DNA of 64,000 nt from Desulfatiglandales bacterium (lineage in GTDB: Bacteria; Desulfobacterota; DSM-4660; Desulfatiglandales; Desulfatiglandaceae). The stretch spans positions 1,952,001-2,016,000 of the forward strand of contig OY762721.1 of the NCBI GenBank assembly GCA_963666345.1. The letters are read 5' to 3'. Position numbers and translations under genes: made by a program. Below, piece by piece: positions 38,494 through 48,594 of this stretch (the stretch's first letter is position 1; the number at the start of each line of letters is the position of its first letter). A model generated the notes under the pieces. It did not search any database. It was not told the DNA's origin and saw only the letters and a program-made list of their open reading frames with translations.

Positions 38494-39258
38494 CTAAAAG
38501 CCGCCGCCCGCGCCCCCGCCGCCGCTCATGCCGCCTCCGAATCCTCCAAACCCGCCGCTGAATCCACCGAACCCGCCTCCGGAACCCGATCCATAACCTC
38601 TTCCTCCTCCCAGAAGAAAGGGCAGGAGGATGAACCAGAAGCCTCCCCTCCTGCGGGAAAGCCCCATTATGAAAATCAGGATAATGATTACAGGCAGGAT
38701 TCCGAGGGCCGATTTCTCCTTTTTGGCCCTTTTGACCGGTACTTTGCCGTCAAGGGTAATACCGGTGTTCTTGGCTATAACCTGCGCGAAAGCGGCAGTA
38801 CCCATCAGGAGCCCTTCTCCGAAATCATCTTTCTTGAAATAGGGGATCATGTAACGGTCCCTGATTTCTCCCACAAGCCCGTCGGGAAGGATCCCTTCCA
38901 CGCCGTAACCTGTTTCTATGCGCATCTTCCTTTCCTTTATGGTAACAAAAAGAAGCACTCCCTTGTCTTCGCCCTTTCTGCCTATTCCCCATGAACTGTA
39001 GAGCCTGCTGGCATAATCGTTGTACTCATCCCCGCCTATGTCCGGCATGGTTACAACTACTATCGGGATTTCAGTCTTGTTCAGGATCTCAGATGCGATC
39101 GACAGGATCTTTTTTTCACTCTGATCGGAGATCACACCGGCGAAATCGTTTACCAGCCCCTTCGGCTTGGGAATGGGAGCGTCCGCCCACGCATCGAACG
39201 AAAAAAGGAAAAGGATAACAATACCCAAAAGGGCCTTTTTATATCTCATGGATTTCAC
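38494..39258 (-). CDS. TPM-domain protein
   Basis: VNDFAGVI, WGIGRKGEDKGVLL, RIETGYGVEGILPD, Gly-rich tail. Confidence 0.9.
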   Translation of the reverse strand: MKSMRYKKALLGIVILFLFSFDAWADAPIPKPKGLVNDFAGVISDQSEKKILSIASEILNKTEIPIVVVTMPDIGGDEYNDYASRLYSSWGIGRKGEDKGVLLFVTIKERKMRIETGYGVEGILPDGLVGEIRDRYMIPYFKKDDFGEGLLMGTAAFAQVIAKNTGITLDGKVPVKRAKKEKSALGILPVIIILIFIMGLSRRRGGFWFILLPFLLGGGRGYGSGSGGGFGGFSGGFGGFGGGMSGGGGAGGGF

Positions 39259-39298
39259 ATCATACTCCGGTGTCTATTGATAATTTTCTTTAAGGTTT

Positions 39299-41401
39299 CT
39301 ATTTGCACGGCCTTATTTTGCAGCCGATCCCCTTTAGGTTCGGGGTCCCGAACTCCTTGCCCAGTCTTTTTGTCGTGGTCAGCATATTGAAATTGGACCT
39401 TTTCCATCCAAACTGCTCATCAGCCCCTGTCTCGGGAAACCACCACCCGTAGGAGGCGTTTACCACCCTGGGATGGATGCGCCTTGTGAGCCTGGCGGTC
39501 TGGGTCACGGTACCCTGTTTCGTCTCGATCACAACCTGATCTCCCTGAGAAATACCCAGACCGGAGGCTGTTTCAGGATGCATCTCCACCTCAGGTTTAT
39601 CACTGAGCCTTCTCAGTTTATCCACCCACCTGTAGGAAGAATGAAGATAATATGGGCTCTTTGAAGAGGTCAGGACAAGCGGATAGTCGGGGTCATCCTG
39701 TTCAGGAAGACCTGAATAAAGAGGCATGGGAGCAAGGCCGTATTTTTCGGCCTTGCTCAAAAAAAGCTCCACCTTGCCTGTGGGGGTCTTGAATCCCCTT
39801 GATTCATGCTTCCTGAAACGGGCCTCGCCTTTAAGAAAACCCTTTTCTACGAACTGCTCATAGTTCAGGCCTGAAGGCTCAAGCAGGACCTCTGCAAGGG
39901 ACTCATAGTCCTCAAACCAGTATTCTTTGGGCGTGAGCCTTTTACCCATCTCGTTGAGTATCTTTATGTCGGGCCAGCATTCACCCGGTGGTTCAACCAC
40001 CTTCGGCCTTGCAAGAATTACCCCGTGCCCGAGGCCCAGATGCCCCACATCATTGAATTCAAATTGTGTCGCAGCGGGAAGCACCAGATCGGCCAGGCAT
40101 GCGGTAGGGGTCATGAATATATCCGTTACGGCAAAAAAATCGAGCTTATTAAGAGAATCATAGGTCTGCCTGCTATCCGCGTAGGCCAGCATCGGGTTTG
40201 TGCACTGCATGTATGCGCCTTTTACCGGATAGGGCCACTGTTCAAGCACCGCCTTTCTGAAAAAGGCGGGAGGTACCGTCATCAGCCTCGGGATGGCATG
40301 ATGATAGGCGGAAAGCATCTCCTCCCTTTTTGATGGCAGCAGGTCCGCCCTTACGAACTTTCCCAAGCCTGTCAGGGCGGGCTCGTTAGCCTTTATGTTG
40401 CCGCCCGGCACATCCAGGTTCCCGCAGATTGCCATAAGGCATATCAAGGCCCTTGACGTATCAAAGGTATATATATTGTGCTCGATGGTATTGCCCCACT
40501 GGATGGAGGCAGGCCGGTTTTCCGCATAAAAGCGGGCACTCTCCCTTATAAGTTGCGGCTCGACCCAGGTTATATCCGATACGAACTCAGGGGTAAACTG
40601 AGCAACATGCGCCGCCAGTTCATCAAAACCGTTTGTCCATTTTTCCACAAAACCGGCATCAAACAGGCCCTCATTGATGATCACGTTCAGGAAGGCCAGG
40701 GCCAGGGCGTTGTCGGTTCCCGGTCTTAATTGGAGCCAGTACCTGGCCTTTTCCGCCAGATCCGTCTTCCTGGGATCCACCACCATAAGCTCGGTGCCCT
40801 CTTTTACCTGTTTCAAGAGGAGGCTGCATATCTCGCCTTCCTCATTTGTGCTTGTGACATTGCTTCCCCAGACCATGGTCAGGCGGCTTTTGTGATGGAA
40901 ATCAGCAACAGGGTAAAACCCGCATGTATGGAGCCCTGAAACCTCTCTAGGGGCGTGGCACACATCCTGGGTGGCCACGATATTGGGGGAGCCGAAGGTG
41001 TTTGCAAGCCGGATAAGGACAAAATGCTCAAGACCTTTCGGCATCCCTTGGCAGAAGGCCACAGCTCGGGCGCCATGCTTTTCCCTGATCTCTCCAAGAT
41101 TCCCGCATAAGATATCAAGTGCCTCCGGCCAGGAAATCCGCTCCCATTTGCCCTCCCCTCTTTTTCCTCTTCTCTTTAAGGGGTGTTTAAGCCTTTCAGG
41201 ATGTCCCAGTTTTTCAGCAGAGCAGAGTCCCTTTACGCATACGTAGCCCCTGTTCAGATAACCCTCGGGATCAGCCTTTATCTTGACGATTCTGTTATCC
41301 CTTACCCCCGCAAAGATAGAACATCCACCATGATCCATTCTGGCGCAATGGGTTCTTATCCACCGGATATCATCTTTCATATAGTCCTCAAATAATTTCA
41401 C
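39299..41401 (-). CDS. Molybdopterin (Mo/W-bisPGD) oxidoreductase, acetylene-hydratase-like group
   Basis: GYVCVKG, RLKHPLKR, WPEALD, VDPRKT, RPGTD, DIFMTPTA.LADLVLPA, TPTGKVE. Confidence 0.85.
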   Translation of the reverse strand: MKLFEDYMKDDIRWIRTHCARMDHGGCSIFAGVRDNRIVKIKADPEGYLNRGYVCVKGLCSAEKLGHPERLKHPLKRRGKRGEGKWERISWPEALDILCGNLGEIREKHGARAVAFCQGMPKGLEHFVLIRLANTFGSPNIVATQDVCHAPREVSGLHTCGFYPVADFHHKSRLTMVWGSNVTSTNEEGEICSLLLKQVKEGTELMVVDPRKTDLAEKARYWLQLRPGTDNALALAFLNVIINEGLFDAGFVEKWTNGFDELAAHVAQFTPEFVSDITWVEPQLIRESARFYAENRPASIQWGNTIEHNIYTFDTSRALICLMAICGNLDVPGGNIKANEPALTGLGKFVRADLLPSKREEMLSAYHHAIPRLMTVPPAFFRKAVLEQWPYPVKGAYMQCTNPMLAYADSRQTYDSLNKLDFFAVTDIFMTPTACLADLVLPAATQFEFNDVGHLGLGHGVILARPKVVEPPGECWPDIKILNEMGKRLTPKEYWFEDYESLAEVLLEPSGLNYEQFVEKGFLKGEARFRKHESRGFKTPTGKVELFLSKAEKYGLAPMPLYSGLPEQDDPDYPLVLTSSKSPYYLHSSYRWVDKLRRLSDKPEVEMHPETASGLGISQGDQVVIETKQGTVTQTARLTRRIHPRVVNASYGWWFPETGADEQFGWKRSNFNMLTTTKRLGKEFGTPNLKGIGCKIRPCK

Positions 41402-41956
41402 ACAGATTCAAAGTAGACAGCTCTCAGAAGAATCATTTCCAAAACAGATTATCATGACACAAAGCCGCTCCCGGCATCAAACCAATGGATATCAAAAAGA
41501 GTACCGGCTCACATGACCGGGCATCGGTTTACCCTGAAATGGGACAGGTTGTTATGCCGGGCTTCAGGATGCATGCCCTTCTTTTCTACCAATATGTAAT
41601 AATAATGTCCAATGGCATTGTAGTCCCCTGGGCTACCTCAAGACCCTGAGTTAGATCAAAGGGCTGCGTTGCCTGCGTTCGCTCAGCCTTTAGCATCGCT
41701 TATTGGCGACTTACATCTGACACCTTGCTGATAACCGGGGCATATTTCAAGCCCATTGATTTACATGCCTGTTCTCAAATTGGATGTTGGGTTTGGGTAA
41801 TCCCTGATTGGTACCGATGCCTGAATCAGACGGTGGATTTCGGTTGTTTTCCCTATACTACCGTGCCAAAATAATTGTAGAGTAACCAGGGGACAAAGGG
41901 AATGACAAGGCGCGGCAAAAAGGCCGCTTTTCCATAATAACATAGATCTCTAGACC

Positions 41957-42685
41957 ATGAAATTAGTCACAAAACAAAATATCAGGCTGCTTTTGTTCTT
42001 TATCCTTATTGCCCATCTTTCAGCCTGTGCTCACAGCCCCCGGCAGAAATATCCCTTCGATTTCAGTCTGTTCCTGGATAAGCCTGTCCCGGCCCGCACA
42101 GCCGAATGGCTCAAAGGAGGGCCGCAGAGTACTGTCACCCCGTTTATCCGTGCCGCCGCATTCAGCATTAAAGGGAACAACAGAAGAGAGTGCCTCTTCA
42201 AGGCTATGGACTACATATGGGACAGGTTCAGGTATGATGAATGGCTAAATACCGCCAAGTTTACCCGCACCGCGGATGATCTTTTTAAGTCTGGAAAACT
42301 CGGGGGATGCGGTGATTACGCGCTTGTTGAGATCGCCCTCTTCAGGGCCGCCGGCATTCCTTCAAGGATGGTGGTCACGGCCAATGTCGACTGGATGCAT
42401 CAATTCAGGAAAAACAACCTCAGCTTGACTGAAGGACACAGCTTCATAGAGGTGTACCTGGAGGACAGGTGGTACCTTCTTGATTCGACCTATCGCTGGC
42501 TTTTCTGCGAATATGACCCAGATTCCGTCAGTCTTCCCCATGGCGAGCATTTCTTCAGAAGGGGAAGGGATTTCTGGGACATGGGCATTGAGTCGGGAGA
42601 GGAACTTGACAGACTGCTTGGAGAGCACGCACTGGGATACAAAGGCGATTTCAGGGAACCACGATATCCCAAATATCCTATTTAG
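41957..42685 (+). CDS. Transglutaminase-like lipoprotein
   Basis: Lipobox LSAC; Cys-His-Asp pattern GGCGDYA / GHSFIEVY / LLDST. Confidence 0.75.
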   Translation: MKLVTKQNIRLLLFFILIAHLSACAHSPRQKYPFDFSLFLDKPVPARTAEWLKGGPQSTVTPFIRAAAFSIKGNNRRECLFKAMDYIWDRFRYDEWLNTAKFTRTADDLFKSGKLGGCGDYALVEIALFRAAGIPSRMVVTANVDWMHQFRKNNLSLTEGHSFIEVYLEDRWYLLDSTYRWLFCEYDPDSVSLPHGEHFFRRGRDFWDMGIESGEELDRLLGEHALGYKGDFREPRYPKYPI

Positions 42686-42833
42686 GAGCTCTGGCATTGG
42701 GCATGCCGTTTGTTGATAATGTGTGAGAATATTAGGGGTGTTTAAGATACAGGATTCGAGGAGCCAAGGAGTCTAGGGGGCAAGTGAAAGGCTTTTAAAT
42801 CTTATAAATGCGTTGAAAAAAGAATCTATCGTT

Positions 42834-42934
42834 ACCCTTTGCGAAACAAACGAAGCTTTTGCTCTGCCGGTTCGGCAGAGTAAAAAATCTTTTCATCCGT
42901 TTTTGTCCTGCTTTGTCAAGCTAAAAGGGCGGTT
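42834..42934. repeat. Structured repeat type A, copy 16 (inverted)
   Basis: ACCCTTTGCGAAACAAACGAAGCTTTTGCTCTGCCGGTTCGGCAGAGTAAAA...GGGCGGTT. Confidence 0.88.
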
Positions 42935-42985
42935 GAAAAAAACAGGCACGGGATCAGGGGTTTGTTTATAACAAAGGAAAGATTG

Positions 42986-43594
42986 ATGAAAATCTTCTCA
43001 AAAATATTACGGGCTGCTTTTCTCTTCCTTTTCCTGTGCGCACTCAGCTGTGCCACTGGAGAAGACCGGCTTTCCATTCACTACACGCCACCTGAAAAAG
43101 CACCCCTGGTCATACCTGAAAACGAGAAATTTGTCCTCTACCTGGCCCCTGTGGAGGGAGATGCCTCTGTCTTATGGTACACCCTGGGAAAGCACAAATG
43201 GGTTCTTGAAAAGGCCCCCACCCTCATTGTTCATGAGGCCGTAACAACGGAGCTTGAACGAATGGGCATCAGCGTGACCGATGATCCGGGTGAAAGTCAG
43301 GCCAGGCTGAAAGTTGAAATCAGGTGGTTCGCCCCCTGGGGGCATGCCAAAGTAACCGCCTGCATGATCCTTTCCCTCGCCCTTTCCACCGATGAGGGTG
43401 TTGAGCCATTGTGGAGGGACAAGATAGAAGCAGGCACGTTTCTGGAAACGCCTGCCTGGCAGGCCCGGGGAAAAGCTCATTATTTTGAAAAGGTAGCTTC
43501 AGAAGCATTGAGCAAGACAGTAAGGCAGATAGGATGGAACTCCGATTTTTCTCTTGCCCTGAGAGAAATTCAAAAGCGGGAAAAACTCGAATAA
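42986..43594 (+). CDS. Hypothetical lipoprotein
   Basis: Lipobox ALSC. Confidence 0.65.
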   Translation: MKIFSKILRAAFLFLFLCALSCATGEDRLSIHYTPPEKAPLVIPENEKFVLYLAPVEGDASVLWYTLGKHKWVLEKAPTLIVHEAVTTELERMGISVTDDPGESQARLKVEIRWFAPWGHAKVTACMILSLALSTDEGVEPLWRDKIEAGTFLETPAWQARGKAHYFEKVASEALSKTVRQIGWNSDFSLALREIQKREKLE

Positions 43595-43906
43595 GACTAA
43601 AAGATAAACAGTCTCACAGATCCATTATCAAAAATTCATTTGTGACAATCAATTCGTACTCCTAATGCTTAGGCCAAGGGGTAAGCCGATATTCTGAATC
43701 ATAGTTGGTTGCGTTTCAATCAGGTGATGGATCTTGGCCCTGTGCAGCTGATTGCATGACATTTGAGATTAATCTGATATTACTTTTTAGACAAAAATAG
43801 CAATTGATGTTTTCCGGCTAATGTCGTATAAGAATAATTTATAATTAAAACAAATTTTATAGATTCACCCCGGGTATAGACAACCCCAACATTAAGGAGG
43901 TTCATC

Positions 43907-44782
43907 ATGAAAACAGCGTCTAGAAGTAACCTTTTGATATTTCTTATTATTGTTGCCGGGTTTTTTCTGGTTTCTCAAGTCTCCCTTTCAAATGCGGCAA
44001 CGCTTAAAGACAGGCTCCTTAATAATTTTAAGACCATAGAAAAGCCTGCGGAACCCCTGCTTCCCGCCTCAGTCAAAATAGCGCCCGGTTTCGCGCTAGG
44101 CAAGGGATACTCGGTCGGCAATGTTCAGATGGTACAGGGTGATGTAGTCGTGGTCCATAAGGGAGAATCTTCCGCCTATAAACTTACTGAAAATGCCCCC
44201 ATATTCAATGGAGATCTCCTTGTCAGCATGGAAAAATCAAGGGCCAACATCAAATTGAACGATAAGAGTGTTTTCTCCATGGCGCCTCATACAAGGCTGC
44301 TGGTTGACAAGGTCAAATATGATCCAGTCAACAATAAGAGAGAGACAAAAATGAGCCTCAACTTCGGCCGTGCCAGATTTATCGCAAATAAGCTCTCGGC
44401 AGAATCGAAGTTTAATGTAAAAACGCCTACCGCGGTTGCAGGTGTGAGGGGAAGCGACTTCGGACTTGCCGTAACCACCGGGGAATTTCCAAAATCAAGC
44501 TGTTCCGTTCTCAGGATGCTTTCCCACCTCACACTGGTAAGTGAAGCACACGCGGCCCTGCCGGGGCTTTTGACCACGTTGGTTACAGGACCTGCAACCA
44601 ACGTATCTTTTGCGGGTCCACTGGGTGCCGCCAAGACGGTTACGGCATTTTCGGTTTCAGCCGCATCAGTCGGACAGGCGGCAATGATTCCCATGTACGT
44701 GGGTCCTATGGCCGCTGCCGGGGCCCTTGGTGCAGTCGGGGCCAACCTTGCAAGCATAGACATGCCGGCAGGAATGAAATAA
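43907..44782 (+). CDS. FecR-domain exported protein
   Basis: GDLLVSMEKSRANIKLNDKS, FNVKTPTAVAGVRGSDF. Confidence 0.8.
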   Translation: MKTASRSNLLIFLIIVAGFFLVSQVSLSNAATLKDRLLNNFKTIEKPAEPLLPASVKIAPGFALGKGYSVGNVQMVQGDVVVVHKGESSAYKLTENAPIFNGDLLVSMEKSRANIKLNDKSVFSMAPHTRLLVDKVKYDPVNNKRETKMSLNFGRARFIANKLSAESKFNVKTPTAVAGVRGSDFGLAVTTGEFPKSSCSVLRMLSHLTLVSEAHAALPGLLTTLVTGPATNVSFAGPLGAAKTVTAFSVSAASVGQAAMIPMYVGPMAAAGALGAVGANLASIDMPAGMK

Positions 44783-44809
44783 CGGAGACTGTCCTTCTTC
44801 ATTCTGAAG

Positions 44810-44848
44810 AGCACCCCGGACGTTTTTTTTAAATCGCCCGGGGTGCTT
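44810..44848. terminator. Hairpin between convergent genes
   Basis: AGCACCCCGG...CCGGGGTGCT inverted repeat. Confidence 0.55.
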
Positions 44849-44879
44849 TATTCATTTTGAGAGCGCACGCAATCTTTGT

Positions 44880-46883
44880 TCAGATCTTCAGCCCGACAAG
44901 GAATCCTTCCCTGATTGCCTCAAGCGCGTTTCCGGCCCTTATTGCATCCCCCACGACATATGTTTCCCCTACCAGTTCCTTTATCGGCTTTTCCAAGCCG
45001 TTTTCCGGCCAGGAGCCTGCGGCAATTATTACGGTATCGGCCTCAAGCATACCGGAAGAAACCTCGGTTTTAAATCTGACACCCTGATCCGTTATGCCGA
45101 CTGCCCTTGCCCCTGTCATTATCTTTACATGAAGCCGTTTCAGCTCACCTGCGATAGTCCATCTGGTTGTGGTTCCTATGTCACGTCCCGTCCTTTTATC
45201 CGTTTCCAGAACGGTAATATCCTTGTTTCCATTGTCCAGGAGATGTAGCATGGTTTCATACGATTCCGCACGGTTTATCATAAGAAAGTGGAGGACTTCC
45301 GGAGACAGGGTCCCCTGATATGCAAGGTACAGGGCGGTTTCAAGCCCCACGGCGTTTCCTCCCACGATCACGACCCTATCGCCCGCACTTGCCTCTCCGC
45401 TCAAGATATCCCTGGCATGGACCACCTTATCCTTATCGATTCCTTCAATATCCGGGAAAACCGGCCGCGAACCGGTTGCGATCACAACCGCATCAGGAGC
45501 ACTTTGTTCTATAAAGGCAGGGGTCGCCTCCTTTCCTGAAATTATCCTGACGCCGCTTGCCTCAAGGTTGTTTATCATATCCGCTACGGCTGTTATCAGC
45601 TCTCCCCTGCCGGGGATATCCCGGTTTAAAAGCAACTGACCACCCAACGCATTTTCTTTTTCAATTATCGTAACATCGTGACCCCTTTGGGCGGCGGTCA
45701 CCGCCGCTTTCATCCCTGCCGCTCCCCCACCGATAACAAGGACCCTCTTTATCTTTCCCGCCCCTGTTATCTTTAATTCCTCCTCCCTGCCCGCACGCGG
45801 ATTTACAAGACAGGTCACAGGAGCGAAGCTGAAGATGCTGTCAAAGCAGCCCTGGTTACAGGCAACACAGTGATATATCAGGTGCTCTTTTCCCTGCATC
45901 GCCTTATTGGGCAGATCCGGATCTGCCAGAAGCCCCCTTGCCATGGTGACCATATCGGCGGCCCCCGACCGAATTACCTCCTCTCCTTCCATCGGATCAT
46001 TTATTCTGTTGCTCGCAATCACCGGCACTGAAACCGCGCGTTTAATCCCCTGAGCAAGATACACATAGGCCTTTCTTGGAACAGACATGGTCAACTGGGG
46101 GACCCTTGTCTCATGCCAGCCACCGGTTACATTAAAAAGATCGACTCCGGCTGTTTCAAGTTCCGCTGCAAACGCGCTCGCCTCCTTGTTGCTGTTTCCT
46201 CCGACCATGAAATCATTTCCGGCAAGGCGCATCAATACGGGATAATCAGGACCCACGGCATTTCGCACTTTTTCCACCACCTCCAGGCCGAAGCGCATTC
46301 GTTTTTCAGGCGATCCGCCGTATCCGTCCTCCCGCAGATTTGTCAATGGAGACAGAAACTGGGATATAAGATATCCGGCGCTACCCAATATTTCCACGGC
46401 ATCGAACCCGCACTCTTTTGCCCTTAAGGCCGCCTCTGCAAAACGATCCTGAACATGTGGAATCTCATCCAGTTCAAGTGCCCTTGGAATTTCCCCTGTG
46501 AATTTTGATCTTACGGCCGATGCTGAGAACGGTTTTCTTCCCCCGATCATCGATGAATGGGTATAGCGCCCTCCCTGATAGAGCTGGGCCGCGATCTTCG
46601 CGCCATTTTCGCGAACAGCCGCGGTGAGTCTCTTCAGCCCCGGCCTGAATCTGTCATCGTCGATCCCGATCATGCTTGACATGCCACCGTATTCGTCTAC
46701 CGGGCAGCCGCCTGCTATTATCATGCCCACTCCGCCCCTGGCCCTTTCAGAGTAAAAGGAGATCAATTGATCCGTCACCTCTCCTTCAGGGCTGTACCCG
46801 AGATGCATGGCAGTCATCACGATACGGTTCCTTATTTCCATGGAATTGATCCTGAGGGACGAAAACAGGTGGGGGAATTTCAT
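44880..46883 (-). CDS. FadH-like NADH:flavin oxidoreductase (2,4-dienoyl-CoA reductase family)
   Basis: OYE barrel (GYLISQFLSP.TN.R.D.YGG), CVACNQGC Fe-S motif, VIGGGAAG. Confidence 0.85.
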   Translation of the reverse strand: MKFPHLFSSLRINSMEIRNRIVMTAMHLGYSPEGEVTDQLISFYSERARGGVGMIIAGGCPVDEYGGMSSMIGIDDDRFRPGLKRLTAAVRENGAKIAAQLYQGGRYTHSSMIGGRKPFSASAVRSKFTGEIPRALELDEIPHVQDRFAEAALRAKECGFDAVEILGSAGYLISQFLSPLTNLREDGYGGSPEKRMRFGLEVVEKVRNAVGPDYPVLMRLAGNDFMVGGNSNKEASAFAAELETAGVDLFNVTGGWHETRVPQLTMSVPRKAYVYLAQGIKRAVSVPVIASNRINDPMEGEEVIRSGAADMVTMARGLLADPDLPNKAMQGKEHLIYHCVACNQGCFDSIFSFAPVTCLVNPRAGREEELKITGAGKIKRVLVIGGGAAGMKAAVTAAQRGHDVTIIEKENALGGQLLLNRDIPGRGELITAVADMINNLEASGVRIISGKEATPAFIEQSAPDAVVIATGSRPVFPDIEGIDKDKVVHARDILSGEASAGDRVVIVGGNAVGLETALYLAYQGTLSPEVLHFLMINRAESYETMLHLLDNGNKDITVLETDKRTGRDIGTTTRWTIAGELKRLHVKIMTGARAVGITDQGVRFKTEVSSGMLEADTVIIAAGSWPENGLEKPIKELVGETYVVGDAIRAGNALEAIREGFLVGLKI

Positions 46884-47210
46884 AGCAAAGACTCCTATTT
46901 AAGGTTTCAGCCTATTTACCGACTTTCCGCACAGACCCCGGAGCCGCAAGATATTGCACCGTTGCTCTTATTACCACCCCCGACATGCCCGGGGGTGCAC
47001 AAATGAATCTTCCCAAAATCAACCGGCCCGAAGCGCTGATCTTTATTTTGGATTATTTGAAAATTTTATGTGATATATTATATCTTTTCAATAGGCATTT
47101 TTTGGCGGTAACGTGCAACCGTCAAGCCATGCCGAGATTTTTTACTTATTACGAACGCATCAAAATTGTCTTTTTCAAACGTTTCATTTTCTGAGGCTGA
47201 TCCCTTTTTA

Positions 47211-48122
47211 ATGAAAGCCATCCTATACGTCTTTAAAAAAGCCCCTTTTTTCACTCTCGCTCTTTTACTGCTCAACACGGATGTCTATTCGGCGGAACTA
47301 TCGCTAAGAGCGATGGAAGGCAAAGAGGCCGTCGTTCTTTTTGAGGCGGGCCATGCAAAGCCTGCAGAAGACCTTCTTCAAATTTATCCTAAGGTCAAAG
47401 TTGATGCTGAAAATATTTTTGGATGGAAATTTAAAGGAAGGCCGGGGATAGTAATTTTCAGCGATAAAAAAAACTTTCAGAAAACAATTAAAAACCCTTT
47501 TGTAATAGCAGCCGCAATACCTCAAAAAAATATGGTTGCAATCGACTACAGCAGTATGAAAACAGACCCCTTTGCCATAGAAACCACACTGAAGCACGAG
47601 CTGTGCCACCTGTTGATTCATCAGAACATAAAGGTCTTCATGCCGATATGGCTGGAGGAAGGAATTTGCCAGTGGGCAAGCGACGGGACGGGTGAGCTGA
47701 TGACGGCACAAAAGAGATCCAGTCTTCATAAGGCCTATCTGAGCAACTCCCTTTTGACGCTAAGATCTATTGAGAGGATGTTCCCTTCTGAAAAGGAACC
47801 TCTGCTTCTCGCCTATGAGCAGAGCAGGAGCATGGTGGAATTTATCATAAAGCGCTTTGGTACTGACGGACTCCGGCTGATTCTTGAATATATGAAGGCG
47901 GGAATCGGTTTTGAGGAGGCATTTGAGAGAAGTCTTTCCCTTTCGATTTACCAGGTGGAAAATCAGTGGAAGGAATCAATTGAAGACAGGATGTCCTGGT
48001 TCGCCTATATAAGCTATCACATCTATGAAATACTTTTCGCCTTTATGGCCCTGTTAACTGTTATCGGTTTTATCAGGGTTATGCTGAAAAAAAGGGCTTA
48101 CAAAGATGAACCTCAAATGTAA
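47211..48122 (+). CDS. Peptidase MA-like metalloprotease
   Basis: HELCH...PIWLEEG, AYEQS; C-terminal TM. Confidence 0.75.
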   Translation: MKAILYVFKKAPFFTLALLLLNTDVYSAELSLRAMEGKEAVVLFEAGHAKPAEDLLQIYPKVKVDAENIFGWKFKGRPGIVIFSDKKNFQKTIKNPFVIAAAIPQKNMVAIDYSSMKTDPFAIETTLKHELCHLLIHQNIKVFMPIWLEEGICQWASDGTGELMTAQKRSSLHKAYLSNSLLTLRSIERMFPSEKEPLLLAYEQSRSMVEFIIKRFGTDGLRLILEYMKAGIGFEEAFERSLSLSIYQVENQWKESIEDRMSWFAYISYHIYEILFAFMALLTVIGFIRVMLKKRAYKDEPQM

Positions 48123-48282
48123 GAATAGGCACTCAGTTTCGCTTCCGGTTACTGTGCGGGGGAAAGAGCCGATTAAACGAGAGGATCCAAGGGAAAACAT
48201 TTAGTCTTTACGTTATTCGAGCAATCTAAGAAATAATTGATGTTTGAATATTGTCAGGGGGTTGAAAAAAAAACCAACCCTT

Positions 48283-48497
48283 AACCTTTGCGCAGCAAAC
48301 GAAGCTTTTGCTCTGCCAGGGTCGGCAGAGCAAAATATCTTTTCATCCTTCTTTGTCCCGGTAATCAAGTGAGCAAAGCGAATTTATCCCGTTGAATGTG
48401 GCTAGGTTCACCCCATGGAATGTAGCTGCACTATCATCCAATGGATGATTCCATAGGGGCCACCCTTCGAAGAAGGATTCAACCGGGACGGGCGGTT
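48283..48497. repeat. Structured repeat type A, copy 17 (inverted), interrupted by a ~106-bp nested hairpin at 48382-48487
   Basis: Consensus resumes as ACGGGCGGTT after the insert. Confidence 0.85.
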
Positions 48498-48594
48498 AAA
48501 AGAAAGGGTTCAAGTGGTCCAGGGGGGGGCGAGTAGACGGCCCATGCGGGAAACTGAAGGTATTTGTTTTTAAATAGATGAACAGGAGTTTCAG

